NCBI GenBank assembly: GCA_964580585.1
Contig: CAZOKZ010000001.1
Location: forward strand, 119,893 to 183,892
DNA from: an uncultured Candidatus Sumerlaeota bacterium
GTDB lineage: Bacteria; Sumerlaeota; Sumerlaeia; SLMS01; JAHLLQ01
Reading direction: 5' to 3'
DNA: 64,000 nt
The notes below the pieces were generated by a model, which made no database searches, was not told where the DNA came from, and worked only from the letters and a program-made list of their open reading frames with translations. This document shows, in pieces, positions 34,838 through 45,055 of this stretch (its first letter is position 1; the number at the start of each line of letters is the position of its first letter). The position numbers and the translations under genes are program-made.

Positions 34838-37527
34838 GAAACACGCACCACGTTGTTGCGCAGAAATCCTCTCAAGCCATCCATCAGGATATCGGTTTCC
34901 TGGTGATGAACGTCCATCTCGGGCAATGAACTCAAAAATCGTCGGCCGTAACCCATGCGCACGACGCGTTCGTCGGCGATCAGGACGGCGCCTCGGTCTG
35001 TTCGCGAGCGAATCAACCGGCCAAATCCCTGCTTGAAGCGAATGATGGCGCGTGGCACGACAAGCGATTGAAACGGATCGCGTCCTTGAATGCGTTGAAA
35101 TTCGTATTGGGCTTCCTGGATCGGATCGTTCGGAACCGCAAATGGAAGTTTTGCAATGATCAGAAGCTCGAGCGCACGTCCCTTGACGTCCACCCCTTCC
35201 CAAAAACTACTCGTCGCAAACAGAACGCTTGTTTCTTCCTCGCGAAATCGATTCAATAGTTTCGCCCGCGATTCGCTTCCCTGAATCAGGCATGTAATCC
35301 CCCACCGTTGGATGATGGGAGAGCATTCATCGTATAGCCTGCGCATCTGACCGTAACTGGTGAACAATACAAACGCTCGTCCTTCGGTCACACCGACGGC
35401 CTTACTAATCAAAGACGCAAGGCCGCGCTCGAAACTCTCTGCGCGTGGATCGCCCAGATCGCTCGGCACGCCGCAGAATACCTGGCTATTGTAATCGAAA
35501 GGAGCGGAGAGTTTAAGGTGCTCAACCAGACGAGCACGACGAACGACTTCTTTTTTTTCGGTCGCACTTTCGTTATTTTCGGCCTGAAAATCTTCGTTGA
35601 TGACATGGTCGTCCATTGTCGCGGAATCCGGCTCGATGACGATACGTCGAGGAACAGATACGGGCACGCCAATACGCTCGAATAAAAATTGGAAGTCATT
35701 ATCGACGGTCAATGTCGCGCTGGTCAGAACCTCGGATTTGATTTTGCTGTGCAGGGATTCGCGCAATTCTTCGGCCACCGTGATTGGCGCCTGGCAGAGG
35801 CGAACTTGCATTTTCTGGCGCTTGTCCGCCGTGAGTTCCACCCAACTGCAAATTTTCGGATCGTCATTGAGAAACATTGCCGCCATGCGACGGATGGATT
35901 CAAAACGCTCGGTGATCGAGCGCCATTCCATCGCCAGATTCATGATGTCGTTTAATTCTGCGTCGGGCAAATCGGGTAGCTCTTTAAGCGCCTCACGATT
36001 CAGACTGATCAACGATGCCAGTTCCGCAGCGATGCCTTGAATTCGGGGGGTAATTTCCTCGGGCCAACGCGGGTGGCGCGTCAATCGAGGCGTCAATCGT
36101 ACGCGATGTTCAAGACTGCGATGCGGTGGCTGCAAACCTGCGATATCGAGAAATGCATAGCTGAAATCTTCCAGTAGCAACTCGATGGTTTCGCGCGACG
36201 TGGTGATGCTGGGAATGATTTCCAGACAAACAAGTTTATATGCCGGAAACGTTTCGTTGATGGTGCCTTTGCGACGGTATTCTTCGAGCTTATCGGCCAC
36301 ACCTGCCAACACGCCTTTGCGTCCCCGTGCGTCCGAACGATAAAGTCGAGTGAACAATCGCCGAATCGAATAAGGCGATAATTGCGAACCCAGGTGCTTG
36401 GTCGCCACAGCCTCCAGGTGGTGAGCTTCATCCAAAATCACATGCTTGTATGGCGGCAATACCGCCGCTGTGGACCAATTGTTCGATTCGCGACGCACGG
36501 CGACGTCGCTGAGCATCAGTGAATGATTCACAACAAGCACATCGGCACGGGCTGCACGGCGACGCGAGTTGTAAAAGAAACACGATTCGTAAAATGGACA
36601 TCGCACACGCAGACAATTGTCGGCCTCGGAAACGACACGTTCCCAAACCTCGTTGCGCGGAGGGACGGTGAGCTCCTGTAAATCGCCGGCTTCACTGTCG
36701 TTCGCCCAGGCGAGCACTTCGCGCAGTTCACCGCTGAATTCGTCCTCGAATAATTTCTGCAACGGTTGATTTAATTCGTCCCGTGCGAATTGCGCCTTTC
36801 GTTTGCAGACGTAATTCGAGCGTCCCTTCACCAACTCCGCTTTGAACTCTCGCCCGAGTACTTGTTTCGCCACAGGCAGGTCTTTGTGGATGATTTGTTC
36901 CTGTAAGTTGATCGTGTTGGTGGAAATCACGACACGTTCTTTGTTATCGAGCGCATACACGAGCGAGGGCAGTAAATACGCCAGCGATTTACCAGTGCCC
37001 GTGCCCGCTTCGATTGCAACGATACCGTCGTGATTGAACGCTTCGGCTACTTTGCAGGCCATTTCTCGCTGCTGAGGACGATCTTCGTAATCGCCCAAGG
37101 CATCGGAAAGCGTGGAGTTGGGCGCGAGAAATTTTTCGATCTGGTCGATCTTCAGGGATATTTTTTCACGCGGGTCGTGGGGACGGATAATGACACGCAA
37201 TCGCGTGGCATCGTTATTGACAATATAGCTGCCAACGCCCAACTGACCCAGATGCGAGGATACGTTCATATCCGCATCCGAAGGGAGCAAATTCCCCGTC
37301 GGATGATTATGGATGATCACGTTTCCGGGCTCGAAGAGATCGAAACGAATCGGCACGGCTTCTTTTGTGCCGTAGGCGTGCGATTCGACTTCGTGAATGA
37401 GTCCGTCCCTCCCCCGCCGCGCGACAAAAAAGACCTCGACGCCACCGGCTTCTTCAATATCTGCGGCAATTTGCGCCGCAGCATCGCGTGTCAGGTAGTT
37501 CGAGGATGGACCTTCGACGGGGAGCAT
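34834..37527 (-). CDS. dinG: DinG/XPD-family Fe-S DNA helicase with an N-terminal RadC-like JAB/MPN domain
   Basis: N-terminal 120 aa carry the JAMM motif IIHNHPTGNLLPSDADMN (nt 37267-37311). Walker A is EAGTGTGKSLAYLLP. The four-Cys Fe-S module is C(KRK)...CLRVRCPFYESC. The DEAH box is VILDEAHHLE. C-terminal helicase motifs are VLFTSY, FWEGVD and QGFGRLIRS. Confidence 0.85.
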   Translation of the reverse strand: MLPVEGPSSNYLTRDAAAQIAADIEEAGGVEVFFVARRGRDGLIHEVESHAYGTKEAVPIRFDLFEPGNVIIHNHPTGNLLPSDADMNVSSHLGQLGVGSYIVNNDATRLRVIIRPHDPREKISLKIDQIEKFLAPNSTLSDALGDYEDRPQQREMACKVAEAFNHDGIVAIEAGTGTGKSLAYLLPSLVYALDNKERVVISTNTINLQEQIIHKDLPVAKQVLGREFKAELVKGRSNYVCKRKAQFARDELNQPLQKLFEDEFSGELREVLAWANDSEAGDLQELTVPPRNEVWERVVSEADNCLRVRCPFYESCFFYNSRRRAARADVLVVNHSLMLSDVAVRRESNNWSTAAVLPPYKHVILDEAHHLEAVATKHLGSQLSPYSIRRLFTRLYRSDARGRKGVLAGVADKLEEYRRKGTINETFPAYKLVCLEIIPSITTSRETIELLLEDFSYAFLDIAGLQPPHRSLEHRVRLTPRLTRHPRWPEEITPRIQGIAAELASLISLNREALKELPDLPDAELNDIMNLAMEWRSITERFESIRRMAAMFLNDDPKICSWVELTADKRQKMQVRLCQAPITVAEELRESLHSKIKSEVLTSATLTVDNDFQFLFERIGVPVSVPRRIVIEPDSATMDDHVINEDFQAENNESATEKKEVVRRARLVEHLKLSAPFDYNSQVFCGVPSDLGDPRAESFERGLASLISKAVGVTEGRAFVLFTSYGQMRRLYDECSPIIQRWGITCLIQGSESRAKLLNRFREEETSVLFATSSFWEGVDVKGRALELLIIAKLPFAVPNDPIQEAQYEFQRIQGRDPFQSLVVPRAIIRFKQGFGRLIRSRTDRGAVLIADERVVRMGYGRRFLSSLPEMDVHHQETDILMDGLRGFLRNNVVRVS

Positions 37528-37554
37528 TTAATGGGAAACTCGAAGAAATGATTT

Positions 37555-37977
37555 TTAATACGAACGTGCGAGAAACGCCGACAGCGTCAGGATCAGAACC
37601 CCCAGCCAAATATTGACCGACATGAATTTCGGACGTTGTTCAGGATTGCCTTTGGTGATCAGTGCCATAAAACCCAGCACCCCGAGAAACAAAAGGAACT
37701 TCATGCCAAAGATCATGTGCGGTAAACTACCGCCTCCGGTTTTCCATTCGTCCATTACCGCGAACATCTGGAAGAACCCCGTGATAATCATCACGAAAAT
37801 CAGGTTCCACGACACATGTATCCAACGCTTGCCAATCGTGTTTTTCAACTCGTCGTCTAATCCGCCAATGCGACCGGCGTATTTCAGCAGCAATACGCGA
37901 AAAAAGAACGTCCCTCCTACCAGCAACGCGGCAGAGATTACGTGAATTCCCACGCTGATGTTCAAGACGGTGTCCAT
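37555..37977 (-). CDS. Hypothetical four-TM membrane protein (loosely CopD/HemJ-like)
   Basis: 140 aa with four predicted helices and a conserved-looking His in TM1 (GIHVISAALLVGGTFFF). The functional assignment is weak. Confidence 0.45.
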   Translation of the reverse strand: MDTVLNISVGIHVISAALLVGGTFFFRVLLLKYAGRIGGLDDELKNTIGKRWIHVSWNLIFVMIITGFFQMFAVMDEWKTGGGSLPHMIFGMKFLLFLGVLGFMALITKGNPEQRPKFMSVNIWLGVLILTLSAFLARSY

Positions 37978-38000
37978 GCGATGGAGGCTCCTTGGGATAA

Positions 38001-40268
38001 TTAGCGCTTTTTCTTGCGCGATTTTTTCAGCACTTTTTTCGGCGGTATGAACGGATTCTTCCGTCCCTGCTCGCGTCCACGACCTTTTGCCGCTCGGGCA
38101 ACGAAACGATTGCCGTCTTGAACCAGTTCCAAATCCAGTTCCGAAGCAAAAGCATCTGCTCGAACAATCTTGACGTTGACTTTGTCCATCAACCGAAAGC
38201 GCCGACCGGATTTACGTCCAACAAGTTGGATGCCAAGTTCGTCCAGATCGTATCGATCGTCCACCAGCGTGCGAATCGGCACCAGGCCTTCGACACCGGA
38301 TGGCTTGAGTTCGACGAAAAGGCCAAAGTTCTGTACCCCGCAGACGATTCCCTCGAATTCATCACCCTCGAACTGCTTCATATACTCGATGGCTTTGATT
38401 TTCGTCGATTCCCATTCGGCGTCCGCGGCTTCGCGTTCCTTGAAACTTGTGTGACGAGCTAACTCGGCGAGTTCAGCTTTGCCATCGTCATCGTTGGGAT
38501 ACGGCAACGGTTTGTCTTCGACCATCGCCCGCAGTTGTCGGTGCACCACCACATCGGGATAACGCCGAATTGGAGACGTGAAATGGCAGTAGCATTTCGA
38601 GGCGAGACCAAAGTGTCCGGCGTTACGCGGTGTGTATTCCGCCCGCTTCAGCGCTCGCAATATCAGCCGGCGCAGAATATGTCCGCCTTCGCGATGCTCG
38701 ATGGACTTGAGCACTAACTGCAATCCATGCGGTGTGATCGCGCCGTTCTCCTCAACGGGAAGGGATACGCCCAGCGCTTTGAGCATCGGGCGCAAACGTT
38801 CCAATCGTTCGGGATCGGCCTGCTCGTGAACACGATAAAGAAACGGCACGCTACGTCGCGTCATCGCTTGTGCGACCGCTTCGTTGGCGGCCAGCATGCA
38901 ATCTTCAACCACGCGGTGAGCTTCGAAGCGCTCCCGAAAACCAAGGTCACGGACTTGACCTTCTTCGTGAAACGAAATTTTTGTTTCTGGAATATCTAAA
39001 TCCAACGCACCACGTTTGAAACGTGTGCGGCGAAGGACTTCCGTGCATGCGCGTAGTGCTTCAATCGCGGGCAATGCCTCGGGTACGATGGCATCGCGCG
39101 CGCCGTCTTCATTTTCGTACACCGCCTGCACCTGTTCATAGGTCAATCGCTGGTTCGAGTGAATGATCGAAGAATAAAAGTCGCATTCGCCCAACTCGCC
39201 GTTGGGTTTCACGATCATTTCCGCTGTCATGGTTAAGCGATCGACTTGGGGACGCAGACTGCACAAATCGTTCGAGAGTTTTTCCGGCAACATCGGAACG
39301 ACACGATCAACAGGATAAACACTTGTCGAACGCTCCCGGGCTTCGTCGTCGATTGCATCGCCCGGACGCACATAGTGAGTAACGTCGGCGATGTGCACCC
39401 AAAGCCGCCAGCCATCTTTTCCAAGGGGCTCGATGCTCATTGCGTCGTCGAAATCCTTGGCGGTTTCCGGATCGATGGTCACGGTAACCAAATCCCTGCA
39501 ATCGCGTCGGCGCGGTATTTCGGCGGCAACATCGAGAGCTAATTTTTCGGCAGCGCGTTCGACGGTTGCAGGAAACTCTTCGACGATCCCCCGGTCGCGA
39601 AGAAGCAACAAAACGTCGATCCCTTTCTCATGAGACGCACCGAGACGTTCGGTTATTTTTCCCTGGAGCGAATCGGGAAACGGAGTAAATTGCGTGATGT
39701 CAACGACGACCCATTCGAGCGTTTTGACGTCCAATCCTTTATCGGGCAAGGGAACACGAATCATCCGTTGAATGGCTGGATTGCGCGGAATGACTTCGCC
39801 ATGCGTCGAGCCGATGCGTTGATAACGTCCAACGATTTTTTTGTTCGCACGTTCGAGAACTTCGGTTATAACCCCGCGCCAACCAGTCGGACCGCGCTGG
39901 ACAATTTCCACCGCTACACGGTCACCGGAAAGTGCGTCCCCGAGATCCCATTCCTGCACCAGAACGTCCCGCACGCCTTTGCCACGCGCTTGAATTTGTT
40001 CGTCATCGAGTCGTACGAATCCAAAGCCTTTACGGTTTACTTCGAGTGATCCCGTCAGTTGTTGGTTTTTCGAGCGCTTGGCAACCACGCGCCAAAACCG
40101 CCCGCGGAGTTGCTCGACATAACCACGCGATTCGAGCGAGCGCAAAATTTCACGCAACTCGGCTCGTTCGTTTTTACGCAAGTCGAAGAATTCTTGCAAT
40201 TCGCGCGTGGTCACTAACCCGCCCGCATTGCGCAACGTTGCCAGCACTGTTTCGTCACTCAGAATCAT
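38001..40268 (-). CDS. rnr: Ribonuclease R
   Basis: N-terminal wHTH and CSD region (GSLEVNRKGFGFVRLDD). RNB catalytic domain (TIDPETAKDFDDAMS...HIADVTHYV...TSVYPVDRVVPMLPEKLSNDLCSL...HFGLASKCYCHFTSPIRRYPD). S1 domain (FEGIVCGVQNFGLFVEL). Lys/Arg-rich tail. Confidence 0.94.
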   Translation of the reverse strand: MILSDETVLATLRNAGGLVTTRELQEFFDLRKNERAELREILRSLESRGYVEQLRGRFWRVVAKRSKNQQLTGSLEVNRKGFGFVRLDDEQIQARGKGVRDVLVQEWDLGDALSGDRVAVEIVQRGPTGWRGVITEVLERANKKIVGRYQRIGSTHGEVIPRNPAIQRMIRVPLPDKGLDVKTLEWVVVDITQFTPFPDSLQGKITERLGASHEKGIDVLLLLRDRGIVEEFPATVERAAEKLALDVAAEIPRRRDCRDLVTVTIDPETAKDFDDAMSIEPLGKDGWRLWVHIADVTHYVRPGDAIDDEARERSTSVYPVDRVVPMLPEKLSNDLCSLRPQVDRLTMTAEMIVKPNGELGECDFYSSIIHSNQRLTYEQVQAVYENEDGARDAIVPEALPAIEALRACTEVLRRTRFKRGALDLDIPETKISFHEEGQVRDLGFRERFEAHRVVEDCMLAANEAVAQAMTRRSVPFLYRVHEQADPERLERLRPMLKALGVSLPVEENGAITPHGLQLVLKSIEHREGGHILRRLILRALKRAEYTPRNAGHFGLASKCYCHFTSPIRRYPDVVVHRQLRAMVEDKPLPYPNDDDGKAELAELARHTSFKEREAADAEWESTKIKAIEYMKQFEGDEFEGIVCGVQNFGLFVELKPSGVEGLVPIRTLVDDRYDLDELGIQLVGRKSGRRFRLMDKVNVKIVRADAFASELDLELVQDGNRFVARAAKGRGREQGRKNPFIPPKKVLKKSRKKKR

Positions 40269-41980
40269 TCATCACCCGATCCGGAATTGGTGGCAGCGGA
40301 GAGTTTTGGCATCGGCGCCTCTTTCCTCTCTTCTACCCATTCCAGTTCTTGCCACCGCACAACGTTTTTACCATTCACTGTCGCCAAACCAAACAACTGA
40401 TCAATCCCATCGATCGCCACGATTCGGAACTGGAACCAATCTTCCGGAAAATCCACACTTTTTTGTTCCCAGAAACGCAACGGGTCATGCGAAACCCAAA
40501 CCGTATGAGGATCATCCGTCAGCAGGTAGGACCAGTTTTCATGCTTCGCAAACGACAAGTGAGTTACTCCATCGGGCAACTCGATTGGAAGCGGTCCTGC
40601 ATCGGACAATTGCCGCATATCGCTCGTTAAAGCAGCGATCATTCGAGGAGGGTTATTATTTACCTGGCTGATGTTTGCCATCATCCAGGACCTGCCATAA
40701 GGAACCACGCCATTTCCTCGAACGACGCGCGTTTGTCCTTCTTCCCAGTCGCTGAATTCTGGCGCCGGAAAATAAACCGGGTTGTTGACAAAAGGCCGAA
40801 TGGGTGTGCCGTTCACCGTCGCAGCATTCGCAACGACTTCAATTCCATCGGACCCGGCTGCCGTTGCCCAAATCGCATGATTGTTGCGAATGGAGCCCAA
40901 ACCTAAACTGCGAAAACCGGCAGAAGCCCAATGACCAAACGCGGGCAACCGCCAGAAAACTTCACTATCGAACAATCCAGACATGACACTCAACGTCACA
41001 TCGTGCATTTCGTGAACCTGAGTACGCGCTCCTTGCGGTTCGGGCCGCGTAAACAAGTCCACCGTGCTCACGACCAGTCGCAAATCGGGGCCTGTTTTGA
41101 AGGCAACGAAACTGTCCACCGATTGTAACGGCATTTCAAACTCTTGAAACGAATCGTTCGTTGATCGAAAACGGAATTCCTGAGTTCCTAAATCGATTTT
41201 CGAGCCGTCGGTCTTTTCAAGTATCAAACCGATCGATTGCTCGCTTCCGCTGAATTCGCTCATCGGAATGCTGATTTTCTGCGTGAATAATTTTCGTTCG
41301 CCCGAAGAAGCATCGCTGATAAGCACCTCTTTTTTACTTTCACCGTTCACTGTGATCACCAATTTACCACCAACATGACGTCTGGCAACTTCACGGGGTA
41401 AACACGCGAACACTTCCTGGGTGGTCAGTTGCTTATTCGGGTGACTGTATCGCAACGTCAGCGGCTGGTAAGCGCTTGCAGCGATCAATTCTTCGTCTGA
41501 TAATTCCTTGGCATCGAGAACCTGGAAATTGTCCAATACAATTTCTTCTTTTGCGTGCTCAAAACTTCCCGCGCAAACAACAAACGACGCGATCGACGGC
41601 GCCGTTCCGATTCGTTGATCCAGCGCCCAACGAACCCATTGTGGTTCGTCGCTCGGTTCAATCAACCGGTTGGGGAAAATTTCCTCACCGTCTTCGGTGG
41701 ATTTTCCAATCAACCCCAAAACCACGGGTTCTTTCGCCAGTACACGCACCTGGAATATATTTTCCGGCTCGTGCGAAATCGATAACGCCGATTCCCAATG
41801 ATATACACGAGAAGGCAATCCAAGTAAACCCATTGGCCGCGGTTGGATTTTAACGCTTTGAGCCTGGGTGACACCGTTCGAGGTCGTTTTGCTGGCATCG
41901 AGGGCGTGGATTTGAAACGGAAGAACGCTCAAAACGAGCGCCGAGGCAAGGATCGGCAAGGCATTCGGGAAAAACTTCAT
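40265..41980 (-). CDS. Secreted hypothetical protein
   Basis: Signal peptide MKFFPNALPILASALVLSVLPFQIHA. 571 aa with no motif I recognise. There are 4-nt overlaps with both neighbours. Confidence 0.6.
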   Translation of the reverse strand: MKFFPNALPILASALVLSVLPFQIHALDASKTTSNGVTQAQSVKIQPRPMGLLGLPSRVYHWESALSISHEPENIFQVRVLAKEPVVLGLIGKSTEDGEEIFPNRLIEPSDEPQWVRWALDQRIGTAPSIASFVVCAGSFEHAKEEIVLDNFQVLDAKELSDEELIAASAYQPLTLRYSHPNKQLTTQEVFACLPREVARRHVGGKLVITVNGESKKEVLISDASSGERKLFTQKISIPMSEFSGSEQSIGLILEKTDGSKIDLGTQEFRFRSTNDSFQEFEMPLQSVDSFVAFKTGPDLRLVVSTVDLFTRPEPQGARTQVHEMHDVTLSVMSGLFDSEVFWRLPAFGHWASAGFRSLGLGSIRNNHAIWATAAGSDGIEVVANAATVNGTPIRPFVNNPVYFPAPEFSDWEEGQTRVVRGNGVVPYGRSWMMANISQVNNNPPRMIAALTSDMRQLSDAGPLPIELPDGVTHLSFAKHENWSYLLTDDPHTVWVSHDPLRFWEQKSVDFPEDWFQFRIVAIDGIDQLFGLATVNGKNVVRWQELEWVEERKEAPMPKLSAATNSGSGDE

Positions 41981-44019
41981 CGGTCAGTCTCTGGTCCATT
42001 TCGGGATTTCTCTGTCGCTGACAGCGGCGCGAGCCACATTTCGGCAACGGGCCCAGCAGGCGACGTTTTTGCGGCTTGGCTTCGTGTCAGGACAAGGAAT
42101 TCCAACAAAACACGGTATTCTTTTTCACCAAACCCAGAAAATTTGAACGAAGGATAGGATCGTAACGCATTTTCCACCAAGGCACGGTCGCCATTTAACC
42201 CCATCGTTCCCATCGCGGGAGGCGTTTTCATTCCACCGTAAAAAATCACCAATCGATTCCATTCAAATTCGTTCACAAAAACGTGTGTGACGCCACGAGC
42301 TTGTAATCGGTTGGCAAAATCGAGGCCGGAATTCGAGGCCTTGAGGTCATCCCCCCATGGAACGACGTCCCAAACGGTGGCGGATTCCTGGTTCGAGGGA
42401 AACCATCGACCTCGGTTTTCAAATAGAAGTAAAATACGGCCTTCGGGAGGCAAGCCATGCGCGGCAAGGAGTAATTCTTCAGGAATCTGATGATCGCGCT
42501 TCCAATCTTCGGCGTGAAATCCCAGATCGTAAAAGCCCACCCATCGCGTCAAAATTGTCATGGCAAGCGCGAACAGCGCCACCCCCGCGCCGCATCGATG
42601 AATGGGTGTCGCACCTCGTCGGGGAAAAGTCCATGCCGCGGCGACGATCCACCCCAATGCAACCACGGGCAGGACAAATCGTGCCGGAGCCAATCCCACC
42701 AAATGCCAGGCAGCATAACCGAGCCCACAAACTCCCAACAACCATATCGAGCGCTTGCGCGATTGACGATATACCAGCGCTCCGGCCCATAAGAGAAGAA
42801 TTACAGGAAATAAAAGACCCGCCTCGCCTGTTTCCTCGTTACTCGGTGTCAGGCGCAGCGAATAATCAAACACATCGATCTTACCGAAGAAGCTGCTCCA
42901 ATAACCGCCAGAAAACACCCCTTGCGGATGATGTTGTTCGACAAGGAATTGCGACTGTTCAGCAGACCATCCAGGCGCAACACCAACGAATGGGTGGAGT
43001 GGATTGCCTCCCACAACGGTTGAGCGAACACCCCATAAGCCAAATCCCACCAGTATTCCACAAGAGAGGATTATTGCAAACTTGAATGCCCGATTGCCAC
43101 TCGGAGCAGGATACTTGCAAAACGCCAACCAGACCCCGCCTATGACAAAGGGAACGGCAAATATCCCCACGGCGGAAAATTTAACGGCAACAGCAGTCCC
43201 GGCTAAAAATCCTGCAGCAATTCCCCAGAGCTTGCGATCTCGCGACCGACCCGACGCCACAAGTAAGCGCTCGACAGATGCCAACGCAAACAAGGCAGTA
43301 AGCAAATCCGAATGCGCATTGATAAGGCCTCCCCAAACCATGGGGTGCCACGAATACAGAAGAGTAGCCAACCATCGGCCCGGTCGGCGGGCTCCCAAAT
43401 GCCCAGCGATTCGACCCGAAATCAACGATCCCGCGATCATGGCGAACCACAGGAACACCCGGACACCTGGATCGTCCAAAGTGGAGGCACGATCGGATAG
43501 TGCTGGACCATAAAGTGTAAAAGCAGCCAAAGGAAGCCGACTATAATAATTCCCAGAAAGGTAGGACCATCCGCCCGGGTCACGCAAAGCATGGGCGATG
43601 GGAAGATGATAGCTGAGGATGTCGTAGGAGAGAATTGGCTTGGCGCATAAAGTAAAAGCAATTGCCCAACCCGTAAAACTTAAACCTGCCAGAACGATTT
43701 CAGGCCACTTCCATTGTCGAGGAGTAACCGCAAGACGTGGCATTCCACGCTGCTTTATACCGAAAATCAATGTGGCGCATCCAAGAATGCCATAAGCCCA
43801 TGCCACCGGGGACAAATACCCAACAGCAGCGGCAAGGTAGAGAATCGGGACAGCGAGCGCTGCTCCTAAAGCGAACGCCGCCCCCCAAGGGAGGCGAGCA
43901 TGTGTTCGCGGTTCAAGCCACCGCCAAAGAGCGATGCCAGATGTCCATAGGAGTAAGCTCCACGCGGCTGCGCGGATCAAATCGAACCAAGCTGTGTCAA
44001 CGGTGATAAGCTCGGGCAC
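41977..44019 (-). CDS. Polytopic membrane protein, possibly a GT-C-fold glycosyltransferase, with a soluble C-terminal domain
   Basis: About 12 hydrophobic helices in the first 470 aa or so, then a soluble domain of roughly 200 aa. This is the general architecture of ArnT/PMT-like enzymes, but I cannot identify a definitive motif. Confidence 0.45.
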   Translation of the reverse strand: MPELITVDTAWFDLIRAAAWSLLLWTSGIALWRWLEPRTHARLPWGAAFALGAALAVPILYLAAAVGYLSPVAWAYGILGCATLIFGIKQRGMPRLAVTPRQWKWPEIVLAGLSFTGWAIAFTLCAKPILSYDILSYHLPIAHALRDPGGWSYLSGNYYSRLPLAAFTLYGPALSDRASTLDDPGVRVFLWFAMIAGSLISGRIAGHLGARRPGRWLATLLYSWHPMVWGGLINAHSDLLTALFALASVERLLVASGRSRDRKLWGIAAGFLAGTAVAVKFSAVGIFAVPFVIGGVWLAFCKYPAPSGNRAFKFAIILSCGILVGFGLWGVRSTVVGGNPLHPFVGVAPGWSAEQSQFLVEQHHPQGVFSGGYWSSFFGKIDVFDYSLRLTPSNEETGEAGLLFPVILLLWAGALVYRQSRKRSIWLLGVCGLGYAAWHLVGLAPARFVLPVVALGWIVAAAWTFPRRGATPIHRCGAGVALFALAMTILTRWVGFYDLGFHAEDWKRDHQIPEELLLAAHGLPPEGRILLLFENRGRWFPSNQESATVWDVVPWGDDLKASNSGLDFANRLQARGVTHVFVNEFEWNRLVIFYGGMKTPPAMGTMGLNGDRALVENALRSYPSFKFSGFGEKEYRVLLEFLVLTRSQAAKTSPAGPVAEMWLAPLSATEKSRNGPETDR

Positions 44020-44881
44020 GCATTCCTGCCGCTACGGGAGGTCGATAAACCTGGAATTGAGACGCGCCTTTAACCACCTGGGCGCGCATCAATTCACGGA
44101 CGTAGTGTCGCAAGGCAGAAATCTCTGCGGGACCGCATTCGGTTCGCAGTATTCGCTTGAAGATCACCTCGAGACCCGCGCCTACGTGCAGGCGATCGCG
44201 CTCCTTGGAGATATAGTCATCCGCCCCCTGGATGTTCATTTTGACGGTGTCGGCGAGTTCCTTTTCCACACCTTTCAAATCCACACCACGGCGACAGGCC
44301 CAAACGTGAAAGACGAAGGGCGATGATGTCAATCCATGCCAACCCTTCCCAAGATCGTAAATCCAGCGGAACTTGGAATGGTTCGCCAGGAGAGCATTCT
44401 CCCCGACCAACAAATAAGCCTCGTGCGGATCGGCATCGAAATCGAACTCGCGCGGATTCAGAGAAACGTCAGAACGGATAAAGTCCGGGCGCACCCCCAT
44501 CTGGGCGGGCAAAAGGATATGCCCGAGGCTTCGCGCGCCATAACTTTCATAATCGACCAAAACGCGCCGAATCTCTGTGGGGAGAACTTTGGAGCAGAGT
44601 AAAAATACGTTCGAGGGTCCGAAAACCGACATGCATCCCGAAGGAATCAAATTCAAATGACCTACTCGAAAAAAATCCCAAGCCGGCAGAAGCGCGACGT
44701 CCAGTTCACCATTTGATATTTCGTGACGGATTTCATCCACTGTTGCCCGACGGACCTGGGCCATCTTGACGGTTTTTTCGATGTTGTGCGTCAAAGGTCG
44801 GTTCGTCAGGTCTTCATAATATCCCAGGCGAATACGTCCCGGCTGAGATCTTGTACCACTTGGGCTGGTTGGGTTTGCCAT
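43997..44881 (-). CDS. mqnA: Chorismate dehydratase MqnA (futalosine pathway, VitK2_biosynth family)
   Basis: IRLGYYEDLTNRPL, ELDVALLPAWDFF, IPSGCMSVFGPSNVFLL, RRVLVDYESYGARSLGHILL and PFVFHVWACRR follow the MqnA pattern. It lacks the SPCPND motif of MqnD. Confidence 0.65.
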   Translation of the reverse strand: MANPTSPSGTRSQPGRIRLGYYEDLTNRPLTHNIEKTVKMAQVRRATVDEIRHEISNGELDVALLPAWDFFRVGHLNLIPSGCMSVFGPSNVFLLCSKVLPTEIRRVLVDYESYGARSLGHILLPAQMGVRPDFIRSDVSLNPREFDFDADPHEAYLLVGENALLANHSKFRWIYDLGKGWHGLTSSPFVFHVWACRRGVDLKGVEKELADTVKMNIQGADDYISKERDRLHVGAGLEVIFKRILRTECGPAEISALRHYVRELMRAQVVKGASQFQVYRPPVAAGMRARAYHR

Positions 44882-45055
44882 GAATACTGGCCCTTCATCC
44901 TGCTGGGTTTCGATGTTTTCAATGCAACATTGCTCGAAAGGATTACCCTTCCGGCTCCGACAGGCAAGGATTAGTTTTTAATCGGACGAATTTTTGACAA
45001 CTTAGTCATCGAGAATACATCGTTGAAACGATAAAATCAAGGAAACACCCCCAAG

